From Escherichia coli (GTDB lineage: Bacteria; Pseudomonadota; Gammaproteobacteria; Enterobacterales; Enterobacteriaceae), in assembly GCF_024700885.2 (NCBI RefSeq), contig NZ_CP117016.1: a DNA stretch of 64,000 nucleotides; one strand, given 5' to 3'. This document shows, piece after piece, positions 49,763 to 61,693 of the stretch. Numbering within the stretch: the stretch's first letter is position 1; each line of letters begins with the position of its first letter. The position numbers were made by a program, and so were the translations under genes. The notes under the pieces were generated by a model that worked only from the letters and a program-made list of their open reading frames with translations, did not search any database and had not been told where the DNA came from.

Positions 49763-51262
49763 TTAAATCAACTGCAATGCTATCCAGTACAACCCACCAG
49801 ACAGAAAAATCGCCGCTGGTAAAGTAAACACCCACGCCATCAGGATGCTGGTTACCGTTTTACGCTGTAACCCACCGCCGTCCACCACCATCGTCCCTGC
49901 TACCGCAGATGAGAGGACGTGTGTTGTGGAAACAGGCATCCCAATATAACTGGCAAGGCCGATAGATACCGCCGCCGTCATCTGCGCCGCCATCCCTTGC
50001 GCATACGTCATGCCGCGCTTACCAATCTTCTCACCGATGGTCATCGCTACACGACGCCAGCCAATCATGGTGCCAATGCCGAGCGCCAGTGCTACCGCCA
50101 TGATGATCCACACCGGAGCGTACTCAATGGTGCTTAACATATCGCTGCGCAATTTTTTCAGCAGGTTCTGATCTTCTTTACTGACACCTGGCAGTTTCGC
50201 CAGCTTCGCAGAGGTATCAGAGATGCACAGCATAATGCGGCGCAGCTGGCTGCGCTGACTCACGCTTAACGGCTCGTAGCTTTCCATATTACCTGGCAAC
50301 ATCGTTTTAACGCGCGCAATCGCATCAAAGGTATTTGCCGGATGACAATGAAACTCCGTTACTTGCGTGCCATCAGTCGATGCCGCAGGCAATGGAGGTT
50401 CCATCGCAATCAACTTCTGCGGCAGTTCAGGATGCTGTTGCAGATAGTGTTCAAAGTTGGTGACGGCATCGCGAGTACGGGTAATTTCATAGCCGGACGC
50501 ATTCATATTGACGACGAAACCAGCAGGGGCAATCCCCACCAGTACCAACATCACCAGGCCGATCCCTTTCTGCCCGTCGTTCGCGCCGTGCGAAAACGCC
50601 ACGCCCGCAGCGGAAACAATCAGCGCAATACGCGTCCAGAATGGTGGCTTACGTTTGCCTTTTTTCTTTTTGCGATCTTCCGGAATGCGGTGAATACGGT
50701 CACGCTTTTTCGTCCCGCTCCAGTAGCGGCGCAGCAGGAATATCAGGCCTCCCGCAATGACCAGGCCGACGATAGGGGAAACAATCAGCGAGGAGAAAAT
50801 TTTGGTCACTTCACGCAGGTTTAACGCATCCATCACCGATGAGCCGGTTAACAGCGCGTTGGTTAAACCGATGCCGATAATCGCACCAATCAAGGTATGC
50901 GAACTGGAGGCCGGTAAACCAAAGAACCACGTTCCCAGGTTCCAGATAATCGCCGCCAGCAGCATGGAAAAGACCATCGCCAGGCCGTGAGTTGACCCCA
51001 TATTCAGCAACAAATCGGTTGGCAACATATGGACAATGGCATAGGCAACGCTAAGTCCGCCTAGCAATACGCCAAAAAAGTTAAAAAATGCCGCCATCAC
51101 CACGGCAAGCTGTGGCTGCATGGCACGAGTATAAATAACGGTTGCCACCGCATTCGCCGTGTCATGAAAACCATTGATTGCTTCGTAGAACAACACAAAT
51201 GCCAGAGCAAGTAATAACAAAAGCCCTGTGTATATATCAAGGCCAACAAATAAATTTAGCAT
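49763..51262 (-). CDS. pitB: Low-affinity inorganic phosphate transporter (PiT family)
   Basis: 499 aa polytopic PHO4-family transporter; position next to gss. Confidence 0.88.
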   Translation of the reverse strand: MLNLFVGLDIYTGLLLLLALAFVLFYEAINGFHDTANAVATVIYTRAMQPQLAVVMAAFFNFFGVLLGGLSVAYAIVHMLPTDLLLNMGSTHGLAMVFSMLLAAIIWNLGTWFFGLPASSSHTLIGAIIGIGLTNALLTGSSVMDALNLREVTKIFSSLIVSPIVGLVIAGGLIFLLRRYWSGTKKRDRIHRIPEDRKKKKGKRKPPFWTRIALIVSAAGVAFSHGANDGQKGIGLVMLVLVGIAPAGFVVNMNASGYEITRTRDAVTNFEHYLQQHPELPQKLIAMEPPLPAASTDGTQVTEFHCHPANTFDAIARVKTMLPGNMESYEPLSVSQRSQLRRIMLCISDTSAKLAKLPGVSKEDQNLLKKLRSDMLSTIEYAPVWIIMAVALALGIGTMIGWRRVAMTIGEKIGKRGMTYAQGMAAQMTAAVSIGLASYIGMPVSTTHVLSSAVAGTMVVDGGGLQRKTVTSILMAWVFTLPAAIFLSGGLYWIALQLI

Positions 51263-51503
51263 ATATTAGATTACGCCATTTTGAATTTACGAACGGACGC
51301 ATTATCAGTGACTTTAACGGCGTGGGCAAAGTGAAATATCATTTTTTAACGATAAAAAGAGTGTTATTTCTTGTGTATCAGATAATAAGCATTCATTCAA
51401 AACCTTTAGAAATAATCAAAACACAGGTATTCCACTGGTTAATACATTCACATATGAAATGAATAAATATTGGAATATATAAATATTGAATATTTTGATT
51501 AAT

Positions 51504-51538
51504 CCCTGCACTGATTATTCTTCATAATCAGTGCGGGG
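51504..51538 (-). terminator. Long stem-loop just downstream of the gss stop
   Basis: Near-perfect 15-bp inverted repeat ccctgcactgattat / ataatcagtgcgggg. Confidence 0.5.
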
Positions 51539-51553
51539 TTGCTACAACATGTA

Positions 51554-53413
51554 TTACTCTTTCACCACAATTAACGGTTCAATATCACTCTCTTTTTTAA
51601 TGACCAGTGATTCATCACCGCGCAAACACGTCCCACCGTAGTTGCCGCCAACGGTGAAGGTACATACCTGAATGTATTTACCGTCCACTTTCGGCAAACA
51701 CCACAGTTGCTGATAGATGTTTTTCTGCTCGGCAAATTTACCGCTGGTTTTGTCCAGCACCTCTTCATGATGGCTGACGAGGTCGATGTTACTGCCACAG
51801 CGACCGGCGATCGGTTTCACTGCGTAACCTGTTTTTACCAGTTCATCATTAACAGTGAAATCGGTATCCAGCAGGTAACGATGGTGCGGGAACAGCGACC
51901 AGAGGATCGGCAGAATCGCTTTGTTGCCGGGGATCACTGTCCACAGAGGTTCAAAGACCAGCACTTCCGGGCGCAGCAATACGTCGATAAGACGCACTTC
52001 ATTTTGCGGATGACCGGTACGGATCGGCACCGCAGCAAACTCACGGTCGCTAACTTCACGAATCTGATCAAACGCGGTTTCCCACGCCCAGGTTTTCCAC
52101 ACGCAGTTAACCAGTCGCCCTTCCCCATCAATCAGTTGCCCGGCAGCATCCCAGCCCAGTTCATCCAGCCCGCGCAAGATACGCGTTTCAAAGCCCGCCT
52201 GGTGCAGCGCCTGCTCCATAAACTGCGCGTGATAGTTTTCCTCGATATCTTTGTCCTGCATGATATGGACAAACGGACGTGCACGACTGTGTTTCCAGGC
52301 ACCAGCCAGTTCGTTAATCAGCCCTTCCGCCGGATTGAAGCCGTTGCCTTTATAGCCATGCTCCGCCCAACGTTCGAGGATCAAGCCAGCTTCGGTATGA
52401 CAGGAGGCGGAGTCGGCGTTGTATTCGTAAACCTTCAGACCACGCTCATCCATGCAGAAATCCATACGACCGGTGATCATATGGTGACGGCGACGCTGCC
52501 AGGAGAGACGCAAACGTGGCCAGAGGATTTTCGGAATGTCGAACAGCGCCAGCAGGTTGTCATCTTTCAGCACCTTGTCGGTTGCGTGAAGATACATCAG
52601 GTGCAGCTCGTTGGTGGCTTTAATCAGCTCCTGCTCGGCGCTCTCGGTAATGGTGTAGTAATGATACGGATCCTGATTGATCACCTGACCGTTGGCCTGC
52701 ACATAGGCGTTTTGCAGCGGATCTTTTTCATCCAGCCATTTACCGTCAAACTGGCCTTTGTTTTCCAGACGCGCTCCGCTGATTTTCAGCAGCTCGCCTG
52801 CAATTTCCGGCTGCGGTAAGCTGTATTCAGTATCTTCCGTCTGGATCATCCAGCCCAGAATGGTGGTGTCATCAAAAGTGTCTTTAAGGGTATAGCAGCC
52901 GTTTTCGACCACCATCTCCAGTTCGCGCGTCCACTGTTGCCCTTGCGGCAACGGGGAATGAATCACGTTCTGTTCCGCAATACGGACTTTGTTGCCATGT
53001 AATTGGGTAATGATGGCGACATGGCCAGTGTCTTTAAATTCACCGCCTTTATCCCAGATAAGAAGCGCACCCGCGACCGGTGCACGCGGCGAGCCATTAG
53101 GAAATGCCTGCAATGGCAGGATGTTGTCATTAACCACTTCACGCAGGAAGCGCAGCGAGAAAATCTCCCACGCCATACCCACGTCAGTAAAGACCACACC
53201 GTAATTCAGAAAGAGAAAACGGCGAGCAAATTCAACGCATTGCCATTTGTGGCCCATATATTCGTCGTCGATATAGCTACGGAATACGGCGTCATCTTCG
53301 TATTCCTGCGGATCGAGAGAACTGTAATCTGAAGAGTAGATTGCTACCCCACCTGGGGCGTAGCCCAATAATGTCCCGAACGGGGCATCCTGGCTGGTCG
53401 TTCCTTTGCTCAT
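51554..53413 (-). CDS. gss: Bifunctional glutathionylspermidine synthetase/amidase
   Basis: About 619 aa; N-terminal CHAP amidase region and C-terminal ATP-grasp synthetase; sequence MSKGTTSQDAPFGTLLGYAPGG. Confidence 0.92.
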   Translation of the reverse strand: MSKGTTSQDAPFGTLLGYAPGGVAIYSSDYSSLDPQEYEDDAVFRSYIDDEYMGHKWQCVEFARRFLFLNYGVVFTDVGMAWEIFSLRFLREVVNDNILPLQAFPNGSPRAPVAGALLIWDKGGEFKDTGHVAIITQLHGNKVRIAEQNVIHSPLPQGQQWTRELEMVVENGCYTLKDTFDDTTILGWMIQTEDTEYSLPQPEIAGELLKISGARLENKGQFDGKWLDEKDPLQNAYVQANGQVINQDPYHYYTITESAEQELIKATNELHLMYLHATDKVLKDDNLLALFDIPKILWPRLRLSWQRRRHHMITGRMDFCMDERGLKVYEYNADSASCHTEAGLILERWAEHGYKGNGFNPAEGLINELAGAWKHSRARPFVHIMQDKDIEENYHAQFMEQALHQAGFETRILRGLDELGWDAAGQLIDGEGRLVNCVWKTWAWETAFDQIREVSDREFAAVPIRTGHPQNEVRLIDVLLRPEVLVFEPLWTVIPGNKAILPILWSLFPHHRYLLDTDFTVNDELVKTGYAVKPIAGRCGSNIDLVSHHEEVLDKTSGKFAEQKNIYQQLWCLPKVDGKYIQVCTFTVGGNYGGTCLRGDESLVIKKESDIEPLIVVKE

Positions 53414-53617
53414 CACTTTACCTTTAACAATACAACCTAAGCAGTTGGCGTAATTGTTGTGCTCTGATTACCTGCTCAGCGACATTAACCGGACAGAGGT
53501 CAGACTAATCATACACCTCATCGCAGCGGCTGGCGCAAAGGGTTAAAAAATTCACATTCTGTACAGCAAGTGACCTGCTACACTGCTTCAACACTACCAC
53601 TGAGAAGGCAACTCACT

Positions 53618-54484
53618 ATGACAGACAATACTTATCAGCCCGCGAAAGTCTGGACGTGGGATAAATCCGCTGGCGGCGCGTTCGCCAATATCAATCGCCC
53701 GGTTTCTGGTCCGACGCATGAAAAAACGCTGCCGGTGGGCAAACATCCGCTGCAACTCTATTCGCTGGGAACGCCGAACGGTCAGAAAGTAACGATTATG
53801 CTTGAGGAGCTGCTGGAGCTGGGCGTTACTGGCGCAGAGTACGATGCCTGGCTGATACGCATAGGCGATGGCGATCAATTCTCCAGCGGCTTTGTCGAAG
53901 TGAACCCGAATTCGAAGATTCCGGCATTGCGCGATCATACTCATAATCCACCGATCCGCGTGTTTGAGTCTGGATCGATTCTGCTTTATCTGGCGGAGAA
54001 ATTTGGCTACTTCCTGCCGCAGGATCTGGCAAAGCGTACTGAAACGATGAACTGGCTGTTCTGGCTACAGGGGGCTGCACCGTTCCTCGGCGGTGGTTTT
54101 GGTCACTTTTACCATTACGCGCCGGTGAAAATTGAGTACGCCATCAATCGCTTTACCATGGAAGCCAAGCGCCTGCTCGACGTGCTGGATAAGCAACTGG
54201 CGCAGCATAAGTTTGTTGCAGGCGATGAGTACACCATTGCGGATATGGCGATTTGGCCGTGGTTTGGCAACGTGGTGTTAGGCGGCGTGTATGATGCCGC
54301 AGAGTTTCTGGATGCGGGAAGTTATAAACACGTACAACGCTGGGCGAAAGAATTGGGCGAACGTCCGGCAGTGAAGCGTGGGCGTATTGTTAACCGCATC
54401 AACGGACCGCTGAACGAGCAGTTGCATGAACGCCATGACGCCAGTGATTTCGAGACGAATACGGAAGATAAGCGTCAGGGGTAA
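53618..54484 (+). CDS. yghU: Glutathione S-transferase-like protein (nu class)
   Basis: About 288 aa from MTDNTYQPAKVWTWD; GST N- and C-terminal domains. Confidence 0.85.
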   Translation: MTDNTYQPAKVWTWDKSAGGAFANINRPVSGPTHEKTLPVGKHPLQLYSLGTPNGQKVTIMLEELLELGVTGAEYDAWLIRIGDGDQFSSGFVEVNPNSKIPALRDHTHNPPIRVFESGSILLYLAEKFGYFLPQDLAKRTETMNWLFWLQGAAPFLGGGFGHFYHYAPVKIEYAINRFTMEAKRLLDVLDKQLAQHKFVAGDEYTIADMAIWPWFGNVVLGGVYDAAEFLDAGSYKHVQRWAKELGERPAVKRGRIVNRINGPLNEQLHERHDASDFETNTEDKRQG

Positions 54485-54514
54485 GTCGCAACATTGGCAG
54501 GCTTATCGCTATGT

Positions 54515-54546
54515 AGCCGGATAAAGCATTTACGCCGCATCCGGCT
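54515..54546. repeat. REP element between convergent yghU and hybG
   Basis: agccggataaagcatttacgccgcatccggct matches the REP palindrome pattern. Confidence 0.7.
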
Positions 54547-54553
54547 TTAATCA

Positions 54554-54802
54554 TCACGCGCTGGTAATGTCGTAATCCATTTGGCGCAGTGCGTCTAATG
54601 TGGCTTTGGCTTCATCTTCGTCGATGATACTCATGGCAAATCCGACGTGTACCAGTACCCACTGGCCCAGCAGATCGGCAGGGTTACCTTCACAAATCAG
54701 GGCGATATTCACGTCGCGCTTGATACCACATACTTCAACCTGCGCAAGCTGGTGAATATCTTCACCGACAGCCAGCACCTGGCCTGGAACGCCAATACAC
54801 AT
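54554..54802 (-). CDS. hybG: Hydrogenase maturation chaperone (HypC family)
   Basis: 82 aa; N-terminal MCIGVPGQV motif. Confidence 0.9.
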
Positions 54803-54814
54803 TGTTAACTCCGG

Positions 54815-55156
54815 TTATTCAACTTCAATACTTTTGACGATCAGCGAATCGCCGGTATCGACACGCAACCGCTCGCCATGACAGATCGGACACTGCGCAT
54901 CGTGCTGATGAATCTCCACCACCTGGCTGCAATCCCAGCACCAGGCCTGGGCGGGTTTATAGACGATATGTAAATCGCACCCTTGCGCCACCGTTCCGTG
55001 GCAGACAATTTCAAAACTAAAACGGACGGCGCTCTCCTCAACGCAGGAGAGCGCGCCAATTTCCAGCCACACGGCGGTGACGCGCTTAACATCGTGCTGC
55101 TCCGCCTGCCGTTGGATAATTTCAACGGCGCTCTGGCAAAGCGACAACTCATGCAT
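54815..55156 (-). CDS. hybF: Hydrogenase nickel-incorporation protein (HypA family)
   Basis: 113 aa from MHELSLCQSAVEII; zinc-finger cysteines CWDC...CPICHG. Confidence 0.9.
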   Translation of the reverse strand: MHELSLCQSAVEIIQRQAEQHDVKRVTAVWLEIGALSCVEESAVRFSFEIVCHGTVAQGCDLHIVYKPAQAWCWDCSQVVEIHQHDAQCPICHGERLRVDTGDSLIVKSIEVE

Positions 55157-55637
55157 TTTCGCCACTCCTGCGGCCAAACAGCAGGGCGCGACGCCCTGCG
55201 TGTGGTACATCCGGATTCGTGACTGGCAGCGAAAGGATCATTCGTGCGCAGTCATCCGTCAGGCGTTGGCCCTCTTCAATCGACATGCTGTGCGAAAGCG
55301 GTGACATCAGCGAACAGGAGAGATATTGAGAAACACCGTCCAGTTCGCCAACGGTAAAGGTCATAGTGCCATACGGCAGTTGCAGACCAATTTTTTCACT
55401 CACTTTGCGCAGCGGCCAGAGTTGATCCGGGCCGGGGAAGATAACTGCACTCAGCATCCACGGGGTGATCACACACCCCGTCCACTGACCTTCGAACAGC
55501 GTAAAGTCAGAAACATACACCGGCATTGAAGGATGCAGAAAAGAGAGAGCATGCATCGAACGCCGGGCAATTTCTTCAAAAGCTGCCTGTACTTGCGCCT
55601 TCGGGGAGGTCTGGAAACCTGCTATCTCTTCAGTCAT
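55149..55637 (-). CDS. hybE: Hydrogenase-2 operon chaperone
   Basis: About 162 aa from MTEEIAGFQ; operon position. Confidence 0.85.
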   Translation of the reverse strand: MTEEIAGFQTSPKAQVQAAFEEIARRSMHALSFLHPSMPVYVSDFTLFEGQWTGCVITPWMLSAVIFPGPDQLWPLRKVSEKIGLQLPYGTMTFTVGELDGVSQYLSCSLMSPLSHSMSIEEGQRLTDDCARMILSLPVTNPDVPHAGRRALLFGRRSGENA

Positions 55638-56124
55638 GAGTCGCCTCCCGTGGGATGGCTTCCACGCCTGATTCGCGCAGCGCAGCCAGAACCTGCTCAA
55701 GCGCAGGTTCAATCATCGCTTCGACCGTCGGCGTTAAGCCGATGTGTGGCTCCAGCGATTCCGGGATCACGCCGACCAGCGTCAGCTTTTTCGGAAACTC
55801 ACCGGTGAAGTGCAGGGCCGACAATACGTCGGCCAAGCCAAGCTGATGCGGAGAGATTTTGTTGGTAAACAACGCCGGAACTTCTTCATCCCGCAGGATC
55901 ATCATCGTTCCCGGCGCGTTCTTTTTCGACACAATGGCATCCGCAATAATCAGATGATCGCGATTTGCCATGTCGCCAAGCAGCTCCATTCCCGCCGTGC
56001 CGCCATCGAGGATCTCAACATAATCCGGCAGAATGTATCGTTGCTCTAACGCTTCGACAATCCGCACACCGATGGCTTCATCGGTCAGCAAAATATTGCC
56101 AACCCCTAAGACTAAAATACGCAT
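55630..56124 (-). CDS. hybD: Hydrogenase-2 maturation endopeptidase
   Basis: About 164 aa from MRILVLGVGNILLTDE (HycI/HyaD/HybD family); TAATG overlap with the hybC stop. Confidence 0.88.
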   Translation of the reverse strand: MRILVLGVGNILLTDEAIGVRIVEALEQRYILPDYVEILDGGTAGMELLGDMANRDHLIIADAIVSKKNAPGTMMILRDEEVPALFTNKISPHQLGLADVLSALHFTGEFPKKLTLVGVIPESLEPHIGLTPTVEAMIEPALEQVLAALRESGVEAIPREATHD

Positions 56125-57827
56125 TACAGAACCTTCACTGAAACCACTTCGTTGCCGTCGGCATCCACTACGTGTACCGCACAGGCCATGCACGGGTCGA
56201 AGGAGTGAATGGTACGCACCACTTCCAGCGGTTTATTCGGATCAGCAACCGGTGTACCCACCAGCGACTGCTCGTAAGGACCGACGTCATCATTGAAGTT
56301 ACGCGGGCCAGAGTTCCAGGTTGATGGAACAACTGCCTGGTAGTTGCTGATGATACCGTCTTTGATCACCATCCAGTGAGAGAGCATACCGCGCGGCGCT
56401 TCGAGGAAGCCAACACCTTTGAACTCACCCGTTGCCGGAATGTTCGGTTTCACGAAGGTGGTGTGATCGCCTTTGCCGATATTGGTGATCAGTGCACTGT
56501 ATTGATTTTGCAGGATATCCTGCAATTCGCAGCAGTGAACGGTACGACCAATAATACGGCCCAACGTGGAGTGCAGCTGTGCCACTTCCAGCGTATTGCC
56601 AGTCAGTTTCTGATAAATCGCAACGATTTCATTCAGTTTGTTCTGGGTAGACTCGCGTCCTGCCGCCAGTTTCACCAGCATGTTAGCCAGCGGACCCACT
56701 TCTACCGTTTTGCCGTAGAAAGTCGGTGATTTCACCCAGGAATATTTACCGTCGTCAGACCAACCATCATAAGCCGGAATGGTGGTACCTTCCCACGGTG
56801 CCTGCGGCGCTTCGTCTTTATACCAGGAGTGCTTCGCGCTCTCCTGAATGCCTTTAATCAGGTATTCATCGGAGTGGGAAGTGATCGGGCGATACGAGGA
56901 CAGATCCGCATTCTCAATGTAGCCGCCCGGGAACAGGAAGCTGCCGTTTTTGCTGTCGGTCGGGAATTCCGGCACGCTCAGGTAGTTCACCGCACCTTTA
57001 CCACGCGTCAGCCATTCCGGGTAGAACGCGGCGATAACCGCGGTATCAACCTTGTAAACCTGCTCAACAAAGTCACTCAGCTTGTCGATGAAGGACTTGA
57101 TGTACATCAGGCGCTCAAGGTTCAGCACGCCCAGACCGTCGAGGTTGATTGGGTTCGCGACCCCACCTACCGCCAGGTTCTGAATATGCGGCGTTTTACC
57201 GCCCAGCAGCGCCACAACGCGGTTAGCGTCACGCTGGCACTCCAGCGCCTGCAGGTAGTGCGCTACAGCAATCAGGTTCACTTCCGGCGGCAGTTTCATT
57301 GCCGGGTGACCCCAGTAGCCATTGGCGAAAATGCCCAACTGACCGCTGGCAACCAGATCTTTGATCTTGTTCTGAACTTTGGTGAACTCTTCCGGGCTGT
57401 TCAGATGCCAGGTCGAAACACCTTTCAGCATTTCGGAGGCTTTGGTTGGATCAGCTTGCAGTGCAGAAGTGATGTCCACCCAGTCCAGCGCCGAAAGCTG
57501 ATAGAAATGAACAATATGGTCATGCGTGGTGTGCGCAGCCAGAATGATGTTACGGATGTATTGCGCGTTAACCGGAACGTCGATATTCAGCGCACTTTCT
57601 GCCGCACGAACGGAAGACAGCGCGTGAGTGGTTGTACATACGCCACAGATACGTTGCACAATCATCCATGCATCGCGCGGATCGCGGTTTTTCACGATCT
57701 CTTCCATGCCGCGCCACATGGTACCGGAAGCCCATGCTTTCGAAACGACGCCATTTTCGATTTCGCAATCGATGCGTAAATGCCCCTCAATACGGGTTAC
57801 CGGATCAATAGTAATTCTCTGGCTCAT
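56124..57827 (-). CDS. hybC: [NiFe] hydrogenase-2 large subunit
   Basis: 567 aa; N-terminal RICGVCTTTH and C-terminal DPCMACAVH nickel-binding motifs. Confidence 0.95.
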   Translation of the reverse strand: MSQRITIDPVTRIEGHLRIDCEIENGVVSKAWASGTMWRGMEEIVKNRDPRDAWMIVQRICGVCTTTHALSSVRAAESALNIDVPVNAQYIRNIILAAHTTHDHIVHFYQLSALDWVDITSALQADPTKASEMLKGVSTWHLNSPEEFTKVQNKIKDLVASGQLGIFANGYWGHPAMKLPPEVNLIAVAHYLQALECQRDANRVVALLGGKTPHIQNLAVGGVANPINLDGLGVLNLERLMYIKSFIDKLSDFVEQVYKVDTAVIAAFYPEWLTRGKGAVNYLSVPEFPTDSKNGSFLFPGGYIENADLSSYRPITSHSDEYLIKGIQESAKHSWYKDEAPQAPWEGTTIPAYDGWSDDGKYSWVKSPTFYGKTVEVGPLANMLVKLAAGRESTQNKLNEIVAIYQKLTGNTLEVAQLHSTLGRIIGRTVHCCELQDILQNQYSALITNIGKGDHTTFVKPNIPATGEFKGVGFLEAPRGMLSHWMVIKDGIISNYQAVVPSTWNSGPRNFNDDVGPYEQSLVGTPVADPNKPLEVVRTIHSFDPCMACAVHVVDADGNEVVSVKVL

Positions 57828-59002
57828 GCTTTGCTCGCCTCATGACGATTATGATCGTTTTGTTTTAAAGGAGGAAGTATCGGCAGTAGACGAATGAGTA
57901 CGATGTAAGCGCAAATCTCAATAGCCACAAAACCAATAGAAATCAACAGTTCTTCCCAGGTCGGGAAGTAGGCGTAACCGCCGCCCGGGTTGAATGCCAC
58001 CAGCGAATAGGTCAGACGCCAGGTTGCACAACCTAACAGCGCGCTCAGTGCTGACAGGAACAGCATGCGGGAATCATTACGCAGCTTCGCCACACGCAGA
58101 ACGACCAGCGGGAAGAGCATCAGCAGGACTTCAATCCAGAACATCACGGAATAGAAGTCACCGGCAAACGCTAACGACAGCTTGTCGCGATAGATAAGCT
58201 CGCCAAAGCGCAGCACGATGAAAATCGCCAGCAACACACTGATGGTGTTGGTCAGCTTGACGAACAGGCTCTTTTCATCTGGACCGTTGCCACGCAGACC
58301 CGCCTGCACCAGCGAACCTTCAAAGATGACAATCGAGAAGCCCATGATGAACGCCGTCAGCAGCGAGAACAGCGGCAACATTTCATAGCTCTGCCACAAC
58401 GGATGCACCTTGTAGCCCGCCGAGATCATCAGCGACCCCATTGAAGACTGGTGCATGGTCGGCAACAGCGCGCCAAGTGCAATGATGAAGAACATCACCT
58501 TGTTCAGACGCTTGAGAGAAACCTTCCAGCCCAGACGTTCAAACAGTGCCGGAGCAAACTCCAGTGCCATCACACCGATGTAGATGGTCATACAGACCGC
58601 CGTCTCGAACAGTACCGAGTTCACGTTGAAGTGACCCGGAATGTAGAAGTACGGCAGGTTCCAGTAGCGACCCACGTCGATAGTGATCGACAAGCCACCC
58701 AGTGAGTAACCAAACAGACTCGCCAACAGTGCCGGACGCACCAGCGGATGGTATTGCCCACGGTTAAAGACGTATACCGCCCACGCCAGCGCCCAGCCGC
58801 CACAGGCAAAGCCGGTGCCAATCAGCAGGTCAAACGCGATCCACACGCCCCACGGGAAGCCGCCGTTCAGGTCAGAGACAGAGCCCAGACCGAACACCAG
58901 ACGCTTCACAATCAGGAGCATACAGATGACGATTAACGGTCCAAAAATCATGACCGGTTTACTGATGATTTTGCCGCCCAGCGGTTGTGGATCATGACTC
59001 AT
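57824..59002 (-). CDS. hybB: Hydrogenase-2 integral membrane subunit (NrfD/PsrC family)
   Basis: 392 aa polytopic membrane protein; operon position. Confidence 0.9.
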   Translation of the reverse strand: MSHDPQPLGGKIISKPVMIFGPLIVICMLLIVKRLVFGLGSVSDLNGGFPWGVWIAFDLLIGTGFACGGWALAWAVYVFNRGQYHPLVRPALLASLFGYSLGGLSITIDVGRYWNLPYFYIPGHFNVNSVLFETAVCMTIYIGVMALEFAPALFERLGWKVSLKRLNKVMFFIIALGALLPTMHQSSMGSLMISAGYKVHPLWQSYEMLPLFSLLTAFIMGFSIVIFEGSLVQAGLRGNGPDEKSLFVKLTNTISVLLAIFIVLRFGELIYRDKLSLAFAGDFYSVMFWIEVLLMLFPLVVLRVAKLRNDSRMLFLSALSALLGCATWRLTYSLVAFNPGGGYAYFPTWEELLISIGFVAIEICAYIVLIRLLPILPPLKQNDHNRHEASKA

Positions 59003-59978
59003 GATCGTCTCCTCCGTCGTGATGGTCGTTTTTGGTGTTGCGACGAACCAGCACGGTTAAGCCCGCCAGCACAGCCAGTGGTAGCATCATGCCTTTATAC
59101 AGGGTGTGTTGAATATTTTCGGAACGCGCACCGGTAGAAAGATCGTCCAGTTTCGGCAGGTCGAGATTTTCATAAGGCACACCCGTCAGTACCAGAACCT
59201 GAGTACCGCCGCCCTCTTTCTCGCCGTACAGATGCGGATAATATTTCGGCACCGTATGCAGGTAAGTGTCGCCAGATTTCAGCGTCTGACGCGGATAGTG
59301 GTATTCGCTGCCTGGCTTCAGCGCCAGACGTTTTTTCGCCTCAGCCATCAGCTCTTCACGCGTACCAAAAATCACCGCGCCCGCCGGGCACACTTCTACG
59401 CAGCCAGGCAGACCGCCTTTATCAAGACGTTCCACACCTTTCTGGTTGCACAGTTCACACTTATGCAGCGCACCAAATGGGTTGTTGTAGTCGTACTTCG
59501 GCACGTTGTATGGGCAGGCGACCATGCAGTAACGGCAGCCAGTGCACACATCTTTGTCGTAATGGACAATGCCGGTTTTCGGATCTTTTTTCAGCGCAGA
59601 GACCGGGCACACAGAGACACAATTCGGATCGACGCAGTGCATACACTGTTTCTTAATGTACGCGTAGCCGTTCTCCTCCTGGTCTTTGTTGACCCCCGAG
59701 CCGCTGGTCCACACCTGAATGATGTTATTGGTGTACGGCGACAGTTTGTCGTTGTTCGACCAGGTCTGTTCCCCTTGTGGGTTACGTTCAGGGAAGTTGA
59801 TATCCTGACACTTGGTGACGCAAGCCTGGCAGCCTACGCACAAAGTCGAGTCGTACAACATCCCCAGCGATCCCGGAATTGGCGGGCGGTTTTCGGCAGC
59901 CGCATGGCTAACAGACGGCAGTGCGCCCGTCAGCAATGCCCCGCAGGAGGCTGCTTTAATAAAATTACGTCTGTTCAC
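58992..59978 (-). CDS. hybA: Hydrogenase-2 ferredoxin-type 4Fe-4S subunit
   Basis: 328 aa; Tat-type signal (NRRNFIKAA); multiple CxxCxxCxxxCP clusters; C-terminal TM anchor. Confidence 0.92.
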   Translation of the reverse strand: MNRRNFIKAASCGALLTGALPSVSHAAAENRPPIPGSLGMLYDSTLCVGCQACVTKCQDINFPERNPQGEQTWSNNDKLSPYTNNIIQVWTSGSGVNKDQEENGYAYIKKQCMHCVDPNCVSVCPVSALKKDPKTGIVHYDKDVCTGCRYCMVACPYNVPKYDYNNPFGALHKCELCNQKGVERLDKGGLPGCVEVCPAGAVIFGTREELMAEAKKRLALKPGSEYHYPRQTLKSGDTYLHTVPKYYPHLYGEKEGGGTQVLVLTGVPYENLDLPKLDDLSTGARSENIQHTLYKGMMLPLAVLAGLTVLVRRNTKNDHHDGGDDHES

Positions 59979-59980
59979 GG

Positions 59981-61099
59981 TTATTCTCCCCGTGAGTCAG
60001 CGTTATCTTTCTTTTGCTGACGACCCAGTTCACGCACCGCCATCACGCTGACACCGGCAACCAGCCCAACCACACCGCCGAGCAAACCAATAGCGCCCGC
60101 AGAGACGTTGCCGCCTTCTTTAGCGTTAACATCCGGTTTCTGTGAACGCGGAGTCTGGTTTTCGACGTTGGCAAGCTGATGGATGCCTTTATGGAAGCCG
60201 ATACCTTCTTCGTTACAGCCATAGCACGGGTGACCAATCGCCACCGGCCACACACCGCCAACGTCACAGAATTGCAGCGTTGAGCAGTTGCCGTAAGTTT
60301 CTGGCCCTTTACAGCCGAGGTGGTACAGGCACCAGCCTTCGCGGTGGCCTTCATCACCGAACTCTTTGGCAAAACGACCAGCATCGAAGTGCGGGCGACG
60401 TTCGCAGTGTTCATGAATCAGACGACCGTAGGCGAAAGTCGGACGGTTTTTATCATCCAGCTTCGGTGGTTTGCCGTAAGTGATGATGTGCGCAACGGTC
60501 GCGAGGAAGTTGTGCGGGTTCGGCGGGCAGCCCGGAATATTGATAACGGTTTTGCCTGGCAGAACTTCTTGCAGGCTGACTGCGCCAGTTGGGTTAACTC
60601 CAGCTGCGGCAACACCGCCCCACGCAGAGCAGGAACCGATAGCGATAATGGCTGCTGCGCCTTCCGCCGCTTTGCGGATGTGATCCACAATCGGCTCACC
60701 GGCAACCATGCAATAAATACCATTATCTTTTAATGGGATGGAACCATCCACCACTAACACATACTGCCCTTTGTACTTCTCGAGAGCGTTATGTTTGTTC
60801 TCTTCGACCTGATGACCGAAGGCGGCGGAAAGCACTTCGTGATACTCCAGAGAGATAGTCTCCAGCACGAGATTTTCTACCGTTGGATGCGTTGCACGAA
60901 GCAGAGATTCCGTACAACCGGTACACTCCTGCGCGCCAATCCAGATAACTGGCGGACGCTGCGGGTTAGTAACCGATTCGGCCATCTCTGCAGCGGCTTT
61001 GCTACTTAACCCCATGGTGGCGGCTAATGCTGCACAAAGCTTCATGAAATCACGACGGTTAATGCCGTGAGAATGGATGAGGGTGTTATCTCCAGTCAT
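59981..61099 (-). CDS. hybO: [NiFe] hydrogenase-2 small subunit
   Basis: 372 aa; twin-arginine signal ([13 protein letters not shown]); Fe-S cysteine ligands. Confidence 0.95.
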   Translation of the reverse strand: MTGDNTLIHSHGINRRDFMKLCAALAATMGLSSKAAAEMAESVTNPQRPPVIWIGAQECTGCTESLLRATHPTVENLVLETISLEYHEVLSAAFGHQVEENKHNALEKYKGQYVLVVDGSIPLKDNGIYCMVAGEPIVDHIRKAAEGAAAIIAIGSCSAWGGVAAAGVNPTGAVSLQEVLPGKTVINIPGCPPNPHNFLATVAHIITYGKPPKLDDKNRPTFAYGRLIHEHCERRPHFDAGRFAKEFGDEGHREGWCLYHLGCKGPETYGNCSTLQFCDVGGVWPVAIGHPCYGCNEEGIGFHKGIHQLANVENQTPRSQKPDVNAKEGGNVSAGAIGLLGGVVGLVAGVSVMAVRELGRQQKKDNADSRGE

Positions 61100-61287
61100 T
61101 TATAGTTATTCCGTTGCGAAGACCTGGCATATATTTTGCCTCAATCGCAAAATCAATAATGCGATCGATGCGCCATTTACCACACATTTATTATGGTTAT
61201 CGATATCATGATACTGCGGCGGGGCGCTAAAACGAAGGGAAGAAGCATTAGTGTAATTAATTAAAGCAAGATAATACGTATGTTTGA

Positions 61288-61575
61288 TCAATTTTCGAGG
61301 CGATAACCGGCCATAAAAAAGCGCAACGTAGAACAGGAATTATTCTCACGAAAGAAATCCATTACCATCTCTTTATCCAGTCCATAGCGGCGCGTCAGAA
61401 TACCCGCTTCCCAGGCGCTAAGCTGGCGATCTCCGGTCTTTTCGTACATCCGGTGTGAGTAGCCTAATACAAAACCGCGTTTATAATCGGCACAGTATTT
61501 TGTCACATTAACCGCACTGTCGGCATGCGTTGCTTTTAATCCCGCCATTAAGCCTTTACCAAAATGGTTATTCAT
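61288..61575 (-). CDS. yghW: Small conserved protein YghW (DUF2623)
   Basis: 95-aa ORF upstream of the hyb operon, matching the K-12 neighbourhood as I recall it. Confidence 0.7.
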   Translation of the reverse strand: MNNHFGKGLMAGLKATHADSAVNVTKYCADYKRGFVLGYSHRMYEKTGDRQLSAWEAGILTRRYGLDKEMVMDFFRENNSCSTLRFFMAGYRLEN

Positions 61576-61693
61576 CGTTCACCTCATTCGCTATATATTG
61601 TCATATATAGCGATATTTTAGGCAAAGAACGACTTTTGCGCACGCTATTTTTTCATGCTTGTTTAAGACGTAATCCCGTAAGAGATAAACCTA

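Noticed and set aside
51707-52819. 370-aa + strand ORF inside gss
   Set aside because: Antisense to the conserved glutathionylspermidine synthetase gene; low-complexity, His/Arg/Gln-rich translation.
56829-60020. Long + strand ORFs antisense to hybC and hybA (56829..57779, 59106..60020)
   Set aside because: They overlap the conserved hydrogenase genes on the opposite strand, and their translations lack recognisable domains.
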